Assembly: GCA_002050235.1 (NCBI GenBank) | Contig: MWST01000035.1 | Location: 67,693-131,692, forward strand | Reading direction: 5' to 3' | Length of the DNA: 64,000 nt | Source of the DNA: Polyangiaceae bacterium UTPRO1 | Lineage (GTDB): Bacteria > Desulfobacterota > Binatia > UTPRO1 | Shown: positions 38,349-49,830 of the stretch, in pieces | Layout: each line of letters begins with the position of its first letter | How positions within the stretch are numbered: the stretch's first letter is position 1 | Notes under the pieces: generated by a model | Told to the model about the DNA's origin: nothing | The model's input: the letters and a program-made list of their open reading frames with translations, nothing else | Databases searched by the model: none | Made by a program: the position numbers and the translations under genes

Positions 38349-39437
38349 TCATTGCAACCGCCCGCGCACGAAGCTGGTGGCAAGCGTCAGCGTGGCCACG
38401 GCAATGACGGCCAGCGGCCACAGGCTGGCCAGGATGTCGCCGGGGGGCATGGCCTTGAGAAAGCTGCCTTCGACGATGACCAGGAAGTGAGTGAGCGGAA
38501 TCACCTGCGCCAGCCACCGCAGCGCCAGCGGCATATTCTCCACCGGGGTGGCGAAGCCCGACATCAGCACCGCCGGGACGCCAATGGCGAACGCTCCCAG
38601 GATGGCCTGTTGCTGCGTCATGCTGACCGCGGAAATCATCAAGCCGATACCCACTACCGACAGGATGAATAGCACCAGGCTGGCGAGAAGCAGCACGGAC
38701 GAGCCCGTGAACGGAATTCCGAAGCCGAACACGGCGGCGCCGACCATGAACAGGCCGAGCACGGTGCCAATTGCCAGTGCCGGCAGCGACTTGGAGACGA
38801 TGATTTCGGGCGTCGAAGTGGGCGAGACCAGCAATTGGTCGAAGGTGCCCAGCTCGCGCTCGCGCGCGATCGACAGCGAGGTGATGAGCAGGGAGCTGAA
38901 CAGCGCCAAGATGCCCGTCAGACCCGGAACGACGAACCAGCGGTAGGTCAGGTTCGGGTTGAACCAGTGGCGCACGACCACGGGCGTCGGTGCCTGCGCG
39001 TCGGGCACGACTTCGGCGCCAACGTCGGCCGCGATCGTGGACAGGTAGCTCACCGTGATCTGACCCGAGTTGCTGCGCCGCCCGTCGACCAGCACTTGGG
39101 CACGAGCGCTGCCGCCGGCGGCAATCGTGCGCGAGAAGTCTACGGGAATGGCTAGTGCGGCAATCACCTCGCCGTAGTCGATCAGCTCACGCAGCTGGTG
39201 CTGGCTGCCCACGTGGCGTACGTGCGCAATGAAGCGTGCGCTATGTAACCGCTGCACCATCTCGTACGACCAACGACCTGAATCCAGGTTGTAGACCGCG
39301 ACGTCTACGTTGCGCACCTCCAGCGTCGCAGCGAATGCAAAGACCAGAAGCTGGAGGATGGGCGGTACGAACACCACCATGCGGCTGCGCGGGTCGCGCA
39401 ACACGCTCAGGACTTCCTTCACGAACTGCGCACGCAA
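38349..39437 (-). CDS. ABC-2 type exporter permease (YbhR-like)
   Basis: 362 aa with one N-terminal TM helix, a large periplasmic loop and a C-terminal cluster of TM helices. Last gene of the TetR-HlyD-ABC operon. Confidence 0.8.
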   Translation of the reverse strand: MRAQFVKEVLSVLRDPRSRMVVFVPPILQLLVFAFAATLEVRNVDVAVYNLDSGRWSYEMVQRLHSARFIAHVRHVGSQHQLRELIDYGEVIAALAIPVDFSRTIAAGGSARAQVLVDGRRSNSGQITVSYLSTIAADVGAEVVPDAQAPTPVVVRHWFNPNLTYRWFVVPGLTGILALFSSLLITSLSIARERELGTFDQLLVSPTSTPEIIVSKSLPALAIGTVLGLFMVGAAVFGFGIPFTGSSVLLLASLVLFILSVVGIGLMISAVSMTQQQAILGAFAIGVPAVLMSGFATPVENMPLALRWLAQVIPLTHFLVIVEGSFLKAMPPGDILASLWPLAVIAVATLTLATSFVRGRLQ

Positions 39438-39471
39438 GCGGATCGGGTTGAAAGTTGCTGCGAACAGCGCC

Positions 39472-40640
39472 CTACTCCAGGTTCTTCCGCGTGGCGCGCT
39501 TCGCCGCCAGGAAGAACAGGACTCCGGTTGCCGTCATCGCCGCCAAGTCGGGTACGAAGACCGCCCAGATGTCGCCCACGAGGAATACGGTCTTGAGCGT
39601 TTCGACGAAGTAGCGTGCCGGAATCAGCCACGTCGCGACCTGGATCACCGCCGGCATCGCTTCGATCTCGTACAGGAACCCGGAGAGCATGAACGCCGGC
39701 AGGAAGCCGGTGAAGAGCGCGATCTGCGCAGCCAGGAATTGGTTGCGTGCGAGCGAGGAGATCAGCAGCCCCTGACCCAGCGCGGGCACCATGAAAGCTG
39801 CCGAGAGTAGCAGCAGCGCCGCCAGCGAGCCACGTAGCGGCACGTCGAACACACCCACCGCCAGCGCTGCAGCGCCGAGCGTAGACAGCATGCCGAGCCC
39901 GAAGTAGGGCAGCAGCTTGCCGATCAGGATCTCGACCACCGACGCCGGGGTCGACAGCACTGCCTCCATCGTGCCGCGCTCCCATTCGCGCGCCACCACC
40001 AGGGCGGTGAGCATGGTACCGATGATGGTCATGACGATGGCAATGGCACCGGGAATCAGTGCGCGGCGGCTCTCCAGCTCGGGGTTGAACCAGTAGCGCG
40101 GCTCCAGCAGGATGGCTGGTGGCGACGCTGCCGCATCGAGCCCTGCACCCCAGGTCTGCACTACGCCGCGCGCGTAGTTCTCGACGTAGTTGGCCGTGTT
40201 GGGGTAGGAGCCGTCGGTAATGATCTGCACCAGCGATTCGTTGTCGCGCCGCGCCAGGCGCTGTTCGAAGTCCTGAGGGATGACGACGTAGCCGCGCAAC
40301 TCGCCGGAGATCAGTTTGTCCGCCACCTCCCGGCGGTCGTGCGCAAAGTGTGCATCCAGGAATCGTGTACCGGCGAAAGCGGCCGCCAGTTCCTGCGCCG
40401 CGACGCCGGGTGACTCCAACACCACGCCGATACGCACATCCTTGGCGTCGAGGGACACCGCGTAGGCAAACAGCAGCAGCAGCACCACCGGCAGCACGAA
40501 GGCGATCAGCAGCGTGGAAGGATCGCGCAGTGCCTGGTAGCTCTCCTTGGTGACCAGAGCCAGTAGGCGCCGCCGGTCGAAGCGACGCAGGCCGGCGTCC
40601 TGGCCCGACGCGCCGAGCTGACGATTGGCGGCGATGCTGC

Positions 40641-40644
<4 letters not shown>
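39472..40644 (-). CDS. ABC-2 type exporter permease (YbhS-like)
   Basis: 390 aa with the same topology as the neighbouring permease. Its start overlaps the ATPase stop (ATGA at 40641-40644). Confidence 0.8.
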
Positions 40645-42416
<1,772 letters not shown>

Positions 42417-42417
42417 G

Positions 42418-43452
42418 TCACGATTCCCGGGCCGGCCTGGAGGCCGCGTCCCGTGCATCCACGACGACGGTTACCGGCATGCCCTGACGCAGGCCGGCAT
42501 CGGCGTTTTCTACGACGATGCGCAGGCGATACACGAGATCGGTCCGCAGATCAGCGGTCTCGACTGTCTTGGGGGTAAATTCGGCGCGGGGCGAAATGTA
42601 GCCGACTCGGCCCTGGTAAACCTTGGCGGACGAATCGGAATGCACGCGCACCCGCGTCCCGGGTGCAATGCGTCCCAGATCGACCTCGCCAACGTAAGCG
42701 CGCACGTAGACCGGCGCGTCAAGGCTCAAGATGTAGACCGCACTCTGGCTCACGACCATGCTGCCGGGTTCGCGCACACGCCCGATCACGGTGCCGTTAC
42801 TTGGGGCCATCAGCTCGGTGTCGGCCAACGCCGTTGCCGCCTGCGCACGTTCGGCCAGAGCCGCAGCGAGCCGCGCCTCAGCCGCCGCGATGTCTTCGCG
42901 GCGTGAGCCTTCAAGCGCCTGAGACAGTGCCGCCTTGGTCGCCTGCACGTTGGCGGCGGCCTGCTCATGCGCGGCGCGTGCGGCATCCACCACCTGCTGG
43001 CTGCTAGTGCCCGACGCCAGTAACTCGACCTGGCGCTCGAAATTGCGTCGCGCCTCGGCGGACGCGGCCAGCGCCGCGTTCAGCGCCTCCCGTGCCTGTG
43101 TGATCTCCTGCGGGCGCAGGCCGCTCCGCAGTTTGGCCAGCTCGGCCTGTGCTATCAGCACCGAAGCGTCCGCAGCGGCAAGCGATTCCCGAAACGGCTG
43201 GGGATCCAATGCGGCCATCCGCATGCCGGCTTCGACGACATCGCCCTCGTCGAAGGCCATTTGGGTTACGCGGCCGGGTTGTCGAAACGCAAGGTGGACT
43301 TCGCGGATATCGACGTTTCCGTACAACCGAAGCGATCCACGATCCGGCTCGGCGCGCTGCGACCAAGTCCAGGTCATGAGACCCATTACGAGCAGCACAA
43401 CTGCCAGAACCGAAAGGGTGCGGAACGAACCTAGGTGCATTGCCTTCTTCAC
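42418..43452 (-). CDS. HlyD-family membrane fusion/periplasmic adaptor protein (YbhG-like)
   Basis: N-terminal TM helix SFRTLSVLAVVLLVMGLMTW, coiled-coil middle region and a beta-barrel C-terminus. GTG 43450-43452 is preceded by GGGGAG with a 6-nt spacer. Alternatives are ATG 43491 or 43440. Confidence 0.8.
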   Translation of the reverse strand: MKKAMHLGSFRTLSVLAVVLLVMGLMTWTWSQRAEPDRGSLRLYGNVDIREVHLAFRQPGRVTQMAFDEGDVVEAGMRMAALDPQPFRESLAAADASVLIAQAELAKLRSGLRPQEITQAREALNAALAASAEARRNFERQVELLASGTSSQQVVDAARAAHEQAAANVQATKAALSQALEGSRREDIAAAEARLAAALAERAQAATALADTELMAPSNGTVIGRVREPGSMVVSQSAVYILSLDAPVYVRAYVGEVDLGRIAPGTRVRVHSDSSAKVYQGRVGYISPRAEFTPKTVETADLRTDLVYRLRIVVENADAGLRQGMPVTVVVDARDAASRPARES

Positions 43453-43477
43453 GGCCTGCTCCCCGTGCGTTGCCTCG

Positions 43478-44074
43478 TCACCGTCCGGCACTTATGCCGC
43501 GGCGATAGATCGCGAACGCGGCCGGTGCGTCGCGCCGGATCTCGCTGACCTTGCCGGCCAACAGCGACTGCATCACCAGGCCCTGGACCGTCCCGATGAA
43601 CAGCATTGCGGCGGCGTCGACGTCGAGGTCGGCAGCGATCTCGCTTGCGGCCTGGCCGACTGCGAGCAACCGGCGCAGCCGCTCGGTGTACTGCTTCAGG
43701 AGCATCTGCACCATCCTCTTGGGCAGAGTCTTGCCGGGGCGCTGTAGCTCGCCAAAGAGCATGCGTGGCACGCCCGGATGTCGCGAGATGAAGTTCAGGT
43801 GCGCCATGAACATGGCTTCGAGCGCCGCGAGCGGGGACGCCGCCTCGGTCGCGGCTCGATCGATCAGTGCCAACAGACGTTCGCTGATCCAGGACATCAC
43901 CGCTTCCAGGATCGCGTCCTTGTTCGGGAAGTGCCGGAACAAGGCCCCCTGGGTCAGGCCCATGCGCTCGGCAATGGCCGTCGTCGTAATGTCAGCGGGA
44001 TTCTGCTCGCCGGCCAAGTCGATCACGGCTTGGACGGTGGCTGCACGGCGTTCGTCGGCCGGTAGATATTGCAT
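43478..44074 (-). CDS. TetR/AcrR family transcriptional regulator
   Basis: Start MQYLPADERR (AAGGAA SD upstream). HTH segment TTTAIAERMGLTQGALFRHFPNKDAIL. First gene of the exporter operon. Confidence 0.85.
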   Translation of the reverse strand: MQYLPADERRAATVQAVIDLAGEQNPADITTTAIAERMGLTQGALFRHFPNKDAILEAVMSWISERLLALIDRAATEAASPLAALEAMFMAHLNFISRHPGVPRMLFGELQRPGKTLPKRMVQMLLKQYTERLRRLLAVGQAASEIAADLDVDAAAMLFIGTVQGLVMQSLLAGKVSEIRRDAPAAFAIYRRGISAGR

Positions 44075-44108
44075 ACGTTCCTTTATCGCAGAACCGCCGC
44101 GCAAAGCA

Positions 44109-44122
44109 AGTAATCAATTACT
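44109..44122. promoter_or_regulatory. palindrome, candidate TetR operator
   Basis: AGTAAT-CA-ATTACT is a perfect 6-bp inverted repeat in an AT-rich patch 35-48 nt upstream of the tetR start (44074). Confidence 0.35.
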
Positions 44123-44376
44123 AACTTGACGGAGCGCTGAAGCAGCTTGCAATTCGCTCCGCGTCCCGGGTGAGGTCAGGATGGATTGGCGTGCAGCGAG
44201 CCGCGATCACCGGCGGCGTGCACCGATCTAAAGAACGTCGCTACGCCCCGCACCGAAGCGTTATTTCGCCATCGATCGTCGCCTGCGCCGGGCTGCAGCG
44301 TTCGGCATCGGGTTGCACCAGCATGCCCACTCGGGAGGCGTGAAATTCTCGCGCGTTTTTCCCGCGTGACCTGGCC

Positions 44377-46815
44377 CTACTCCACCGAGCTGCTGGCCTC
44401 CAAGGTCGCTTGGGTCGACGGCGAAGCCGCCAGCGTCAGACAATAAGGGCCGCTGTAGCTCTGTCGCAGAGGCAGGAAATCCTCCAGCACCATGATCTGG
44501 TACTGACCGGTTGCCGGAAGCGCGGTCCGGATCGTATTCGGCAGCCGTCCGGTCGCCGCGCGCAGCAGATAAACTCGGCGGATCATATCGTAGAGCAATA
44601 TCGTCGCCCGTCTTCCGTTTCCGGCCTGCTCCGGATCGGCATTCAATACGATCGTCACCTGTTCGTTCTTGTTGCCGCGGAAAGCGAAGACATCGACGTC
44701 CGGCAGGAATCGGCTCCGGTTGTTTCCGAGGAACGAACAGATCCTCCCGGGCTCCGCCTCTTCACAAGCGTCCCCTACCCCGTTGCCGTCCCGGTCGCTC
44801 TGGTCCGGATTGGCTACCAGCCGGCAGTTATCTACGCAGTCCGGCACCCCATCCCAGTCGCCGTCCGTCTCGGGAACACCGCACCCGCACACCCCCGGAC
44901 CGCTTCCTCCACAAACTCCGCACGCATCCGGCGTCGCCGTACCTCCACAGTTTCCCGTGCAGTCCTTCTGCGCCTCCCCGCAGCAGCCGTGCTCGTTCAG
45001 ACCCGGACCGTTGCAGACTCCGCACGCATCCGGCGTCGCCGTGCCGCCGCAGGTCCCGGCGCAGTCCTTCTGCGCCTCTCCGCAGCAGCCATGCTCGTTC
45101 AGACCCGGACCGTTGCAGACCCCGCACGCATCCGGCGTCGCCGTGCCGCCGCAGGTCCCGGCGCAGTCCTTCTGCGCCTCCCCGCAGCAGCCGTCCTCGT
45201 TCAGACCCGGACCGTTGCAGACCCCGCACTCGTCGAATTTCTTATTGCTACCGTAGACCCCGTCGCATCCGGTCACGGAGATGGTCGTGTACGCGTCCAT
45301 GCGGCGCGGAAATGCCTCGATGTTTCCTGCATGGTCCCGCGCGACGCTGAAAAATCGATATGTCCGACCGTTTATCGCCCCCACGAACAGCGCCGCGGTC
45401 TCCGCGGTCCGGTACAACCAGGGATAGTAGTTCGCGCCATCGTCCGGAGAAAAATAGATGTCGTAGCTCGCGATGCCGGAACCGTCGAAATCCCCGCCGC
45501 TCCAAGTGACCATGAAATCACGGGTCGTCTGGGTTTCCGGTAGCGGGTCCACGTAGCTATACGGCGCCTGATCGTCGATCGTGTTCTCCCAAACGTTGGT
45601 CTCGATCGGATCATTCCGATCGAAGACGATCGACGCCTGGTTCGCCACCTGCGTCGCATCCTCCCTCGGAGCGATCGAAAACGATACCCAGCCCTCACCT
45701 TGCGGAGGCAGCACATTCGGCGGCAAGAATCCGCTGCCGGCATCCGCGGGATCGAACGGCACCATACAGTGGAAATCCGCACCGCAGACGCCTGGATCCA
45801 GCGCCACGAAGCGCCATCTGGCCACTGGCGGCTCGGTTTTCTCGATCCCTCCGGTCACCTTTACCACTACATCCTCGCCCGGTCTCAGATCCACGTACCG
45901 GGTAAAGCTCTGCAGTCCGACGATGCCGAGGAACGTCGCTCTGCCACTCAGACTGAAGGCATCGAATTGCAACGTCCCCGCATCCAGCGAGGGGTCGAGG
46001 ACATCGCGGATTTCAACTATCTGCGCCGGCGCTCCGGCTGAAGGCAGGTTCTCGAAAGTGATCGTGTAATCGAAGGGCTTGCTGCGATCGACGAAATGCT
46101 CCGGACCGTGGCCCAGCGGACCATATTTCGCATTTGGATCCCAGGGTGCGCCCACCCAAACGGGTCTGACCGCCCTACCCTCCGGAAGCGAGCCCGATAC
46201 CGGCTGCGGCTGCGGGTCCGGATCCGGGTCCGGATCTGGGTCCGGATTCGGGTCCGGGTCCGGGTCCGGCGACGAGGATGCAGCGCCAATTGTGATACTG
46301 CGCAAAAATTCATCATGTGCCATCCAGGGCAGAACGGTGAAAAGCACCGACCCGGGCGCAGTCAAAACCCCGGGAAGGACGATATAGGTGTCCTCACTGT
46401 ATTTGAGTGCAGGGACGACATCCGGGTGCCCGAAGTAGTTGTCCACGTAATACACTGCTCGATCGCCGTGCGGCGACTCGGCCACTGCCGCTGTATGGAC
46501 GCCCGTTATGTTGGTGACCTGCCGAATACGCCAGCCATCGAACTGCCCCTGCTGCTCAGGAGCATTCATCGCCGCAGCTATCGCGACGACGAAATCCTCC
46601 GAGGAATCGACGCACGCCTGACCATTCGAGAGGCGAGTCAGCATATTGTCTTCGGCCGTCCGCTCGATTCCTAGTTGGATGATCAGCTCGATAGCGGCGC
46701 GGTCTGATGCCGGCGGCTCGGACGAGGACTGAGCTTCCACGCGAGCGGCCACAAGCCCGAATTCGAGACTGCAAGCCACGAGCAAAACGAGCGATCGGAG
46801 AAGGAGTTTGGTCAT
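44377..46815 (-). CDS. giant modular secreted protein (adhesin-like), described in order from the N-terminus
   Basis: 812 aa with signal peptide [28 protein letters not shown]. Domains in order: an unknown N-terminal domain; a (PD)n tract; DPNAKYGP...[14 protein letters not shown]; an FN3-like block [19 protein letters not shown]...[10 protein letters not shown]. Then come three copies of the 34-aa repeat [34 protein letters not shown]. The protein ends with a TSP3-like segment [32 protein letters not shown] and a PPC-like tail. Confidence 0.75.
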   Translation of the reverse strand: MTKLLLRSLVLLVACSLEFGLVAARVEAQSSSEPPASDRAAIELIIQLGIERTAEDNMLTRLSNGQACVDSSEDFVVAIAAAMNAPEQQGQFDGWRIRQVTNITGVHTAAVAESPHGDRAVYYVDNYFGHPDVVPALKYSEDTYIVLPGVLTAPGSVLFTVLPWMAHDEFLRSITIGAASSSPDPDPDPNPDPDPDPDPDPQPQPVSGSLPEGRAVRPVWVGAPWDPNAKYGPLGHGPEHFVDRSKPFDYTITFENLPSAGAPAQIVEIRDVLDPSLDAGTLQFDAFSLSGRATFLGIVGLQSFTRYVDLRPGEDVVVKVTGGIEKTEPPVARWRFVALDPGVCGADFHCMVPFDPADAGSGFLPPNVLPPQGEGWVSFSIAPREDATQVANQASIVFDRNDPIETNVWENTIDDQAPYSYVDPLPETQTTRDFMVTWSGGDFDGSGIASYDIYFSPDDGANYYPWLYRTAETAALFVGAINGRTYRFFSVARDHAGNIEAFPRRMDAYTTISVTGCDGVYGSNKKFDECGVCNGPGLNEDGCCGEAQKDCAGTCGGTATPDACGVCNGPGLNEHGCCGEAQKDCAGTCGGTATPDACGVCNGPGLNEHGCCGEAQKDCTGNCGGTATPDACGVCGGSGPGVCGCGVPETDGDWDGVPDCVDNCRLVANPDQSDRDGNGVGDACEEAEPGRICSFLGNNRSRFLPDVDVFAFRGNKNEQVTIVLNADPEQAGNGRRATILLYDMIRRVYLLRAATGRLPNTIRTALPATGQYQIMVLEDFLPLRQSYSGPYCLTLAASPSTQATLEASSSVE
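44918..45223 (-). repeat. 3 x 102-bp in-frame tandem repeat inside the giant secreted protein gene
   Basis: Units start at 44918, 45020 and 45122 (ccgcacgcatccggcgtcgccgt...). Units 2 and 3 differ at 3 of 102 positions by my alignment. Unit 1 is more diverged, and a partial fourth unit precedes 44918. Confidence 0.9.
46202..46270 (-). repeat. hexanucleotide (GGGTCC/GGATCC-like) microsatellite encoding a (Pro-Asp)n linker
   Basis: ggctgcggctgcgggtccggatccgggtccggatctgggtccggattcgggtccgggtccgggtccggc encodes [23 protein letters not shown] on the minus strand. Confidence 0.85.
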
Positions 46816-46827
46816 GGCGTGCCGCCC

Positions 46828-47661
46828 CTAGTTTTCCTCGTAGTGATTCGTTGGCCAGATCGGATAGAAGCCCTCTGGCCTACTCCCGGCAAACCACGCC
46901 TCTATATTGTGCCAGCGCTGCTCCGAACCCCAGTTGATCGTAAAGGTGAGCGGCGCTGAACCGCTTGGAGAGATATCCTTGATATGCAACCTGAATACTT
47001 CGTAGGGCGAGTCGCCGATGATCGCCTCGAATTTGCCGGTCGTGCCCGCAGATGACTGGAAATCCGCCAGATCGAAATCGAATTGATACGTGATCGCGGG
47101 ACCTTTGGGCAGCGCGAGAAACAGAAGACCGGAAGATATGTCGGTATTACCGTCGGCGCCGTATGTCAGGGCATAGGTCGCGATCGAACCCGGACGCACC
47201 CGATCCAATCCGGAAACTCCGACCCAGAGGCTGGATGGACGCAGCTCTTCGACGACCAGATCCATTCTTTCCGTTTGCCGGCCCGGATCATCGCCGTCTT
47301 CGATCTGCAGACGATAGGTGCTCGGTACCGCATCCACCAGCTCGAACCGAACACGCAGCAGAACCGTCGGCTCACCGAATTCATCCTCGAAGACGGTCCG
47401 ACCCAACGTCGACAGGTCACCGACTATCTCGTCGAGCCCTTCGCTCCGCAACGAGATTCTCGTGATATTCGACGGCAGTTTGCCGATGATGGACAACCAG
47501 AGAAAGCCGTTGTTGCCGACCCGACGAGGCGAGATCCCATCGATCACCATCGGCGGCCCCTCGGCAGCCACCGGCGGCGCCCAAGGCAGCGGACAGAGAA
47601 GCGCCAATAGCAACACCGAGAACGACAAAAGGCCGCCGAACAGACGTAATCGATTCTTCAT
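46828..47661 (-). CDS. secreted hypothetical protein (possible IPT/TIG-like N-terminal domain)
   Basis: 277 aa with signal peptide MKNRLRLFGGLLSFSVLLLALLCPLPWA. Located 12 nt upstream of the giant protein on the same strand, with the same lowered GC. Confidence 0.6.
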   Translation of the reverse strand: MKNRLRLFGGLLSFSVLLLALLCPLPWAPPVAAEGPPMVIDGISPRRVGNNGFLWLSIIGKLPSNITRISLRSEGLDEIVGDLSTLGRTVFEDEFGEPTVLLRVRFELVDAVPSTYRLQIEDGDDPGRQTERMDLVVEELRPSSLWVGVSGLDRVRPGSIATYALTYGADGNTDISSGLLFLALPKGPAITYQFDFDLADFQSSAGTTGKFEAIIGDSPYEVFRLHIKDISPSGSAPLTFTINWGSEQRWHNIEAWFAGSRPEGFYPIWPTNHYEEN

Positions 47662-47946
47662 GAAGCCCCCTGCGTCGGAGATGCTGTAACGGGGATCGCT
47701 ACGGAGCGCCCGGACCGCCAGAGCCGGAACGCCGGCCGCTGCCTAGCCGAGAGCCCTTTGCCCTGTCAAGGAAAATCCCCGGCGTCGACCGCTGCGATTC
47801 AGTGTGTGCGACCCGGAGCTCGCGCTGCGAAAGAACGACGGCGACGCGACCCTGGCGGCGGTTGCGGCTACTGCGCCATCACGAGCTCCTGGAGCATCCG
47901 CTGCGGCGACTCCGGTTGCGCCTGTCTCCCCTACGACCGGGTGAAA

Positions 47947-47976
47947 GCCTACGGCCTCGCGCTGGAGGTCGTAGGC
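47947..47976 (-). terminator. hairpin after the aminotransferase-GT2-unknown operon
   Basis: gcctacg(g)cctc-gcgctg-gagg(t)cgtaggc forms 7+4 bp with one mismatch. On the minus strand it is followed by TTTCACC and lies 5 nt downstream of the stop at 47981. Confidence 0.35.
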
Positions 47977-47980
47977 GACA

Positions 47981-48883
47981 TCAGCCGGCGCCGGAGGGTC
48001 GGGCGCGGAGCGACAGGATGCCCGGCGCCAGCTCGCGGACGGCGGCATCGCTGAGCGCGAACTTTTCGAGGAGCGCAGCGGCAGGGGTGCGATTGACGTC
48101 GAAAAGCACTACGCGTTCGTCGCGCACCACGTAGTCGAACTTGCCGTAGTCCATAGCCAGCGCTCGGCGCAGCGCGCGCAGTTCCGGCGGTACGGAGGCT
48201 ATCTCCTCGACGTAGGTCGCGGCCTCGGCCTTCACCAGCGGCGACGCGGAACCGACCAGCAGGTTCACCTCGCGATCGCCGAGGAAATAATGGTAGCGCA
48301 CGCAGTAGCCGCCGCGGTGACTTTCGGGGAGGAACTTCTCGACGACGAGGTGCGGGTTGTCGAAGACGGCGGCGGGAACATCCGGGAGCGAGGAGAAGAC
48401 GGGATAGCGGTCGGGGGGCAGGTAGGCGACGTGGCGCCAGCCGATGCGGCGTCCCAGTCGTCTCGGCAGGCGCGGCACGATGGCGGCAGCGAGCCGCGGC
48501 AGCAGCCCGCGGCGGCCGCGTCGGCGGCCGAGCAGCACCTCGGGAATGCCGCCGAAGTTGCGGTCGGTCTTGACGATGACGGGGCCGGCATAGCGATCGC
48601 CTCGCGTCCGGAGGTTGCGGCTGATCCGGGATTTCGAGACGTCGAAGACCCCGCGGTTCAGAGCCTGGGGATGGCGATCGATGAAGTCACGATACTGGTC
48701 GGGCGTCACGGTCATGTCGAGGTGCGGAACCAACAGGTCGGCTAGGCCGGCCTTTTCGGTGCCGCGGCGCACCTCGACCGCGAACCCCAGATGTCGCCAC
48801 TCCCGCACGAGCAGCCGCGCTAGATAGGGCGTGGTGAAGAAGCGCTCGTCGTTCTCGTGGAGGAGAACCGAGATCGTCGTCAT
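47981..48883 (-). CDS. hypothetical protein, possibly ATP-grasp-like
   Basis: ATG 48881-48883 overlaps the GT2 stop (ATGA) and gives MTTISVLLHENDERFF. The C-terminal segment YGKFDYVVRDERVVLFDVNRTP resembles the end of ATP-grasp folds (weak, from memory). The track's N-terminal extension is rejected. Confidence 0.55.
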   Translation of the reverse strand: MTTISVLLHENDERFFTTPYLARLLVREWRHLGFAVEVRRGTEKAGLADLLVPHLDMTVTPDQYRDFIDRHPQALNRGVFDVSKSRISRNLRTRGDRYAGPVIVKTDRNFGGIPEVLLGRRRGRRGLLPRLAAAIVPRLPRRLGRRIGWRHVAYLPPDRYPVFSSLPDVPAAVFDNPHLVVEKFLPESHRGGYCVRYHYFLGDREVNLLVGSASPLVKAEAATYVEEIASVPPELRALRRALAMDYGKFDYVVRDERVVLFDVNRTPAAALLEKFALSDAAVRELAPGILSLRARPSGAG

Positions 48884-49800
48884 TTGAGCCGGCGGCGGAG
48901 CGCCTGCGGCATGACGCCGAGGAGAGCACAGCCGAAGAGGATCGCCTCGCGGGGCGCCGGACGGCGGGCGAGCGCGCGGAAAAACAGCCGACGGGCCTCG
49001 ACGAAGCGGCGCTGGTGCAGACACTCCGTCCCTGCCACGGCGAGCATCCAGCCCTCCTGGCGCGTCCGCAGGCCGCGCCGAGCGCGCGGATCGATGCGGC
49101 GCCGGATCTCCGGGTTCGAGAATACGGCCTCGACGCTACGGAGACTGTGGTTGACGTCGGTGCCGAGAGTGGCGCTGATGCTGCGCCCATGGAGGCGGCG
49201 CTCGAGGACCGCCGGCCAGCCGACGAATACGAACCGGCCCACCGTCGCCATCCGACACCAGAGCTCCCAGTCATGGGCGCGCGCCAGATCCTCGCGCCAC
49301 GGACCCGCCGCATCGAGGGCGGCGCGCGATACGCAGGCGGCTCCGGTGCTGGCTATGACATTGCCGGCGAGCAGATCCGCGAGCACGTCGCCCGACGGAC
49401 GCCGTGCGAACAACGGCGGCCCATCGCTCCCCAAGCGCGCACCGCCTTCGTCGATCGTCACGACGTCGCCATAGCTCACGGCGACGTCGGAGCCGGCGGC
49501 CGCGAGGAGGCGCGCGAGGCCGCCCGGAACGAAGCGATCGTCGGCGTCCAGGAACACCGCGAACGGCGCTCGCGCGGCGGCGATGCCGGTGTTACGCGCG
49601 GCGGCTGCTCCCGGACGCGGCGAGCGCAGCACCAGCGGCCGGGTCGCGTGCCGCGTGGCGACCGCACCCGTATCGTCGCTGCATCGATCGAGGACGACGA
49701 TGGCCTCGACGCCGGAACCGGCGACGCTGTCGAGCGCTTCGGCGATGGTGGCCGCGGCGTCGCGCACCGGAATGATGACGCTCACGCGGGGAGCGGGCAT
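48880..49800 (-). CDS. family 2 glycosyltransferase
   Basis: Start MPAPRVSVIIPVRDAAATI with GGGGGAG upstream. DxD motif FLDADD. Confidence 0.8.
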   Translation of the reverse strand: MPAPRVSVIIPVRDAAATIAEALDSVAGSGVEAIVVLDRCSDDTGAVATRHATRPLVLRSPRPGAAAARNTGIAAARAPFAVFLDADDRFVPGGLARLLAAAGSDVAVSYGDVVTIDEGGARLGSDGPPLFARRPSGDVLADLLAGNVIASTGAACVSRAALDAAGPWREDLARAHDWELWCRMATVGRFVFVGWPAVLERRLHGRSISATLGTDVNHSLRSVEAVFSNPEIRRRIDPRARRGLRTRQEGWMLAVAGTECLHQRRFVEARRLFFRALARRPAPREAILFGCALLGVMPQALRRRLK

Positions 49801-49830
49801 GGCACTCCCCCGCGGCGCGGGTGGCAACGC

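Noticed and set aside
44918-45223. Checked whether the tandem repeats could be a CRISPR array
   Set aside because: The units are contiguous with no spacers, 102 bp long, in-frame and inside a long ORF. No cas genes are in the window.
44105-47980. Checked the lower-GC island for mobile-element hallmarks
   Set aside because: I found no integrase, transposase or recombinase ORF, no flanking tRNA, and no terminal inverted or direct repeats by eye. It is therefore reported only as a compositional island, not as a mobile element.
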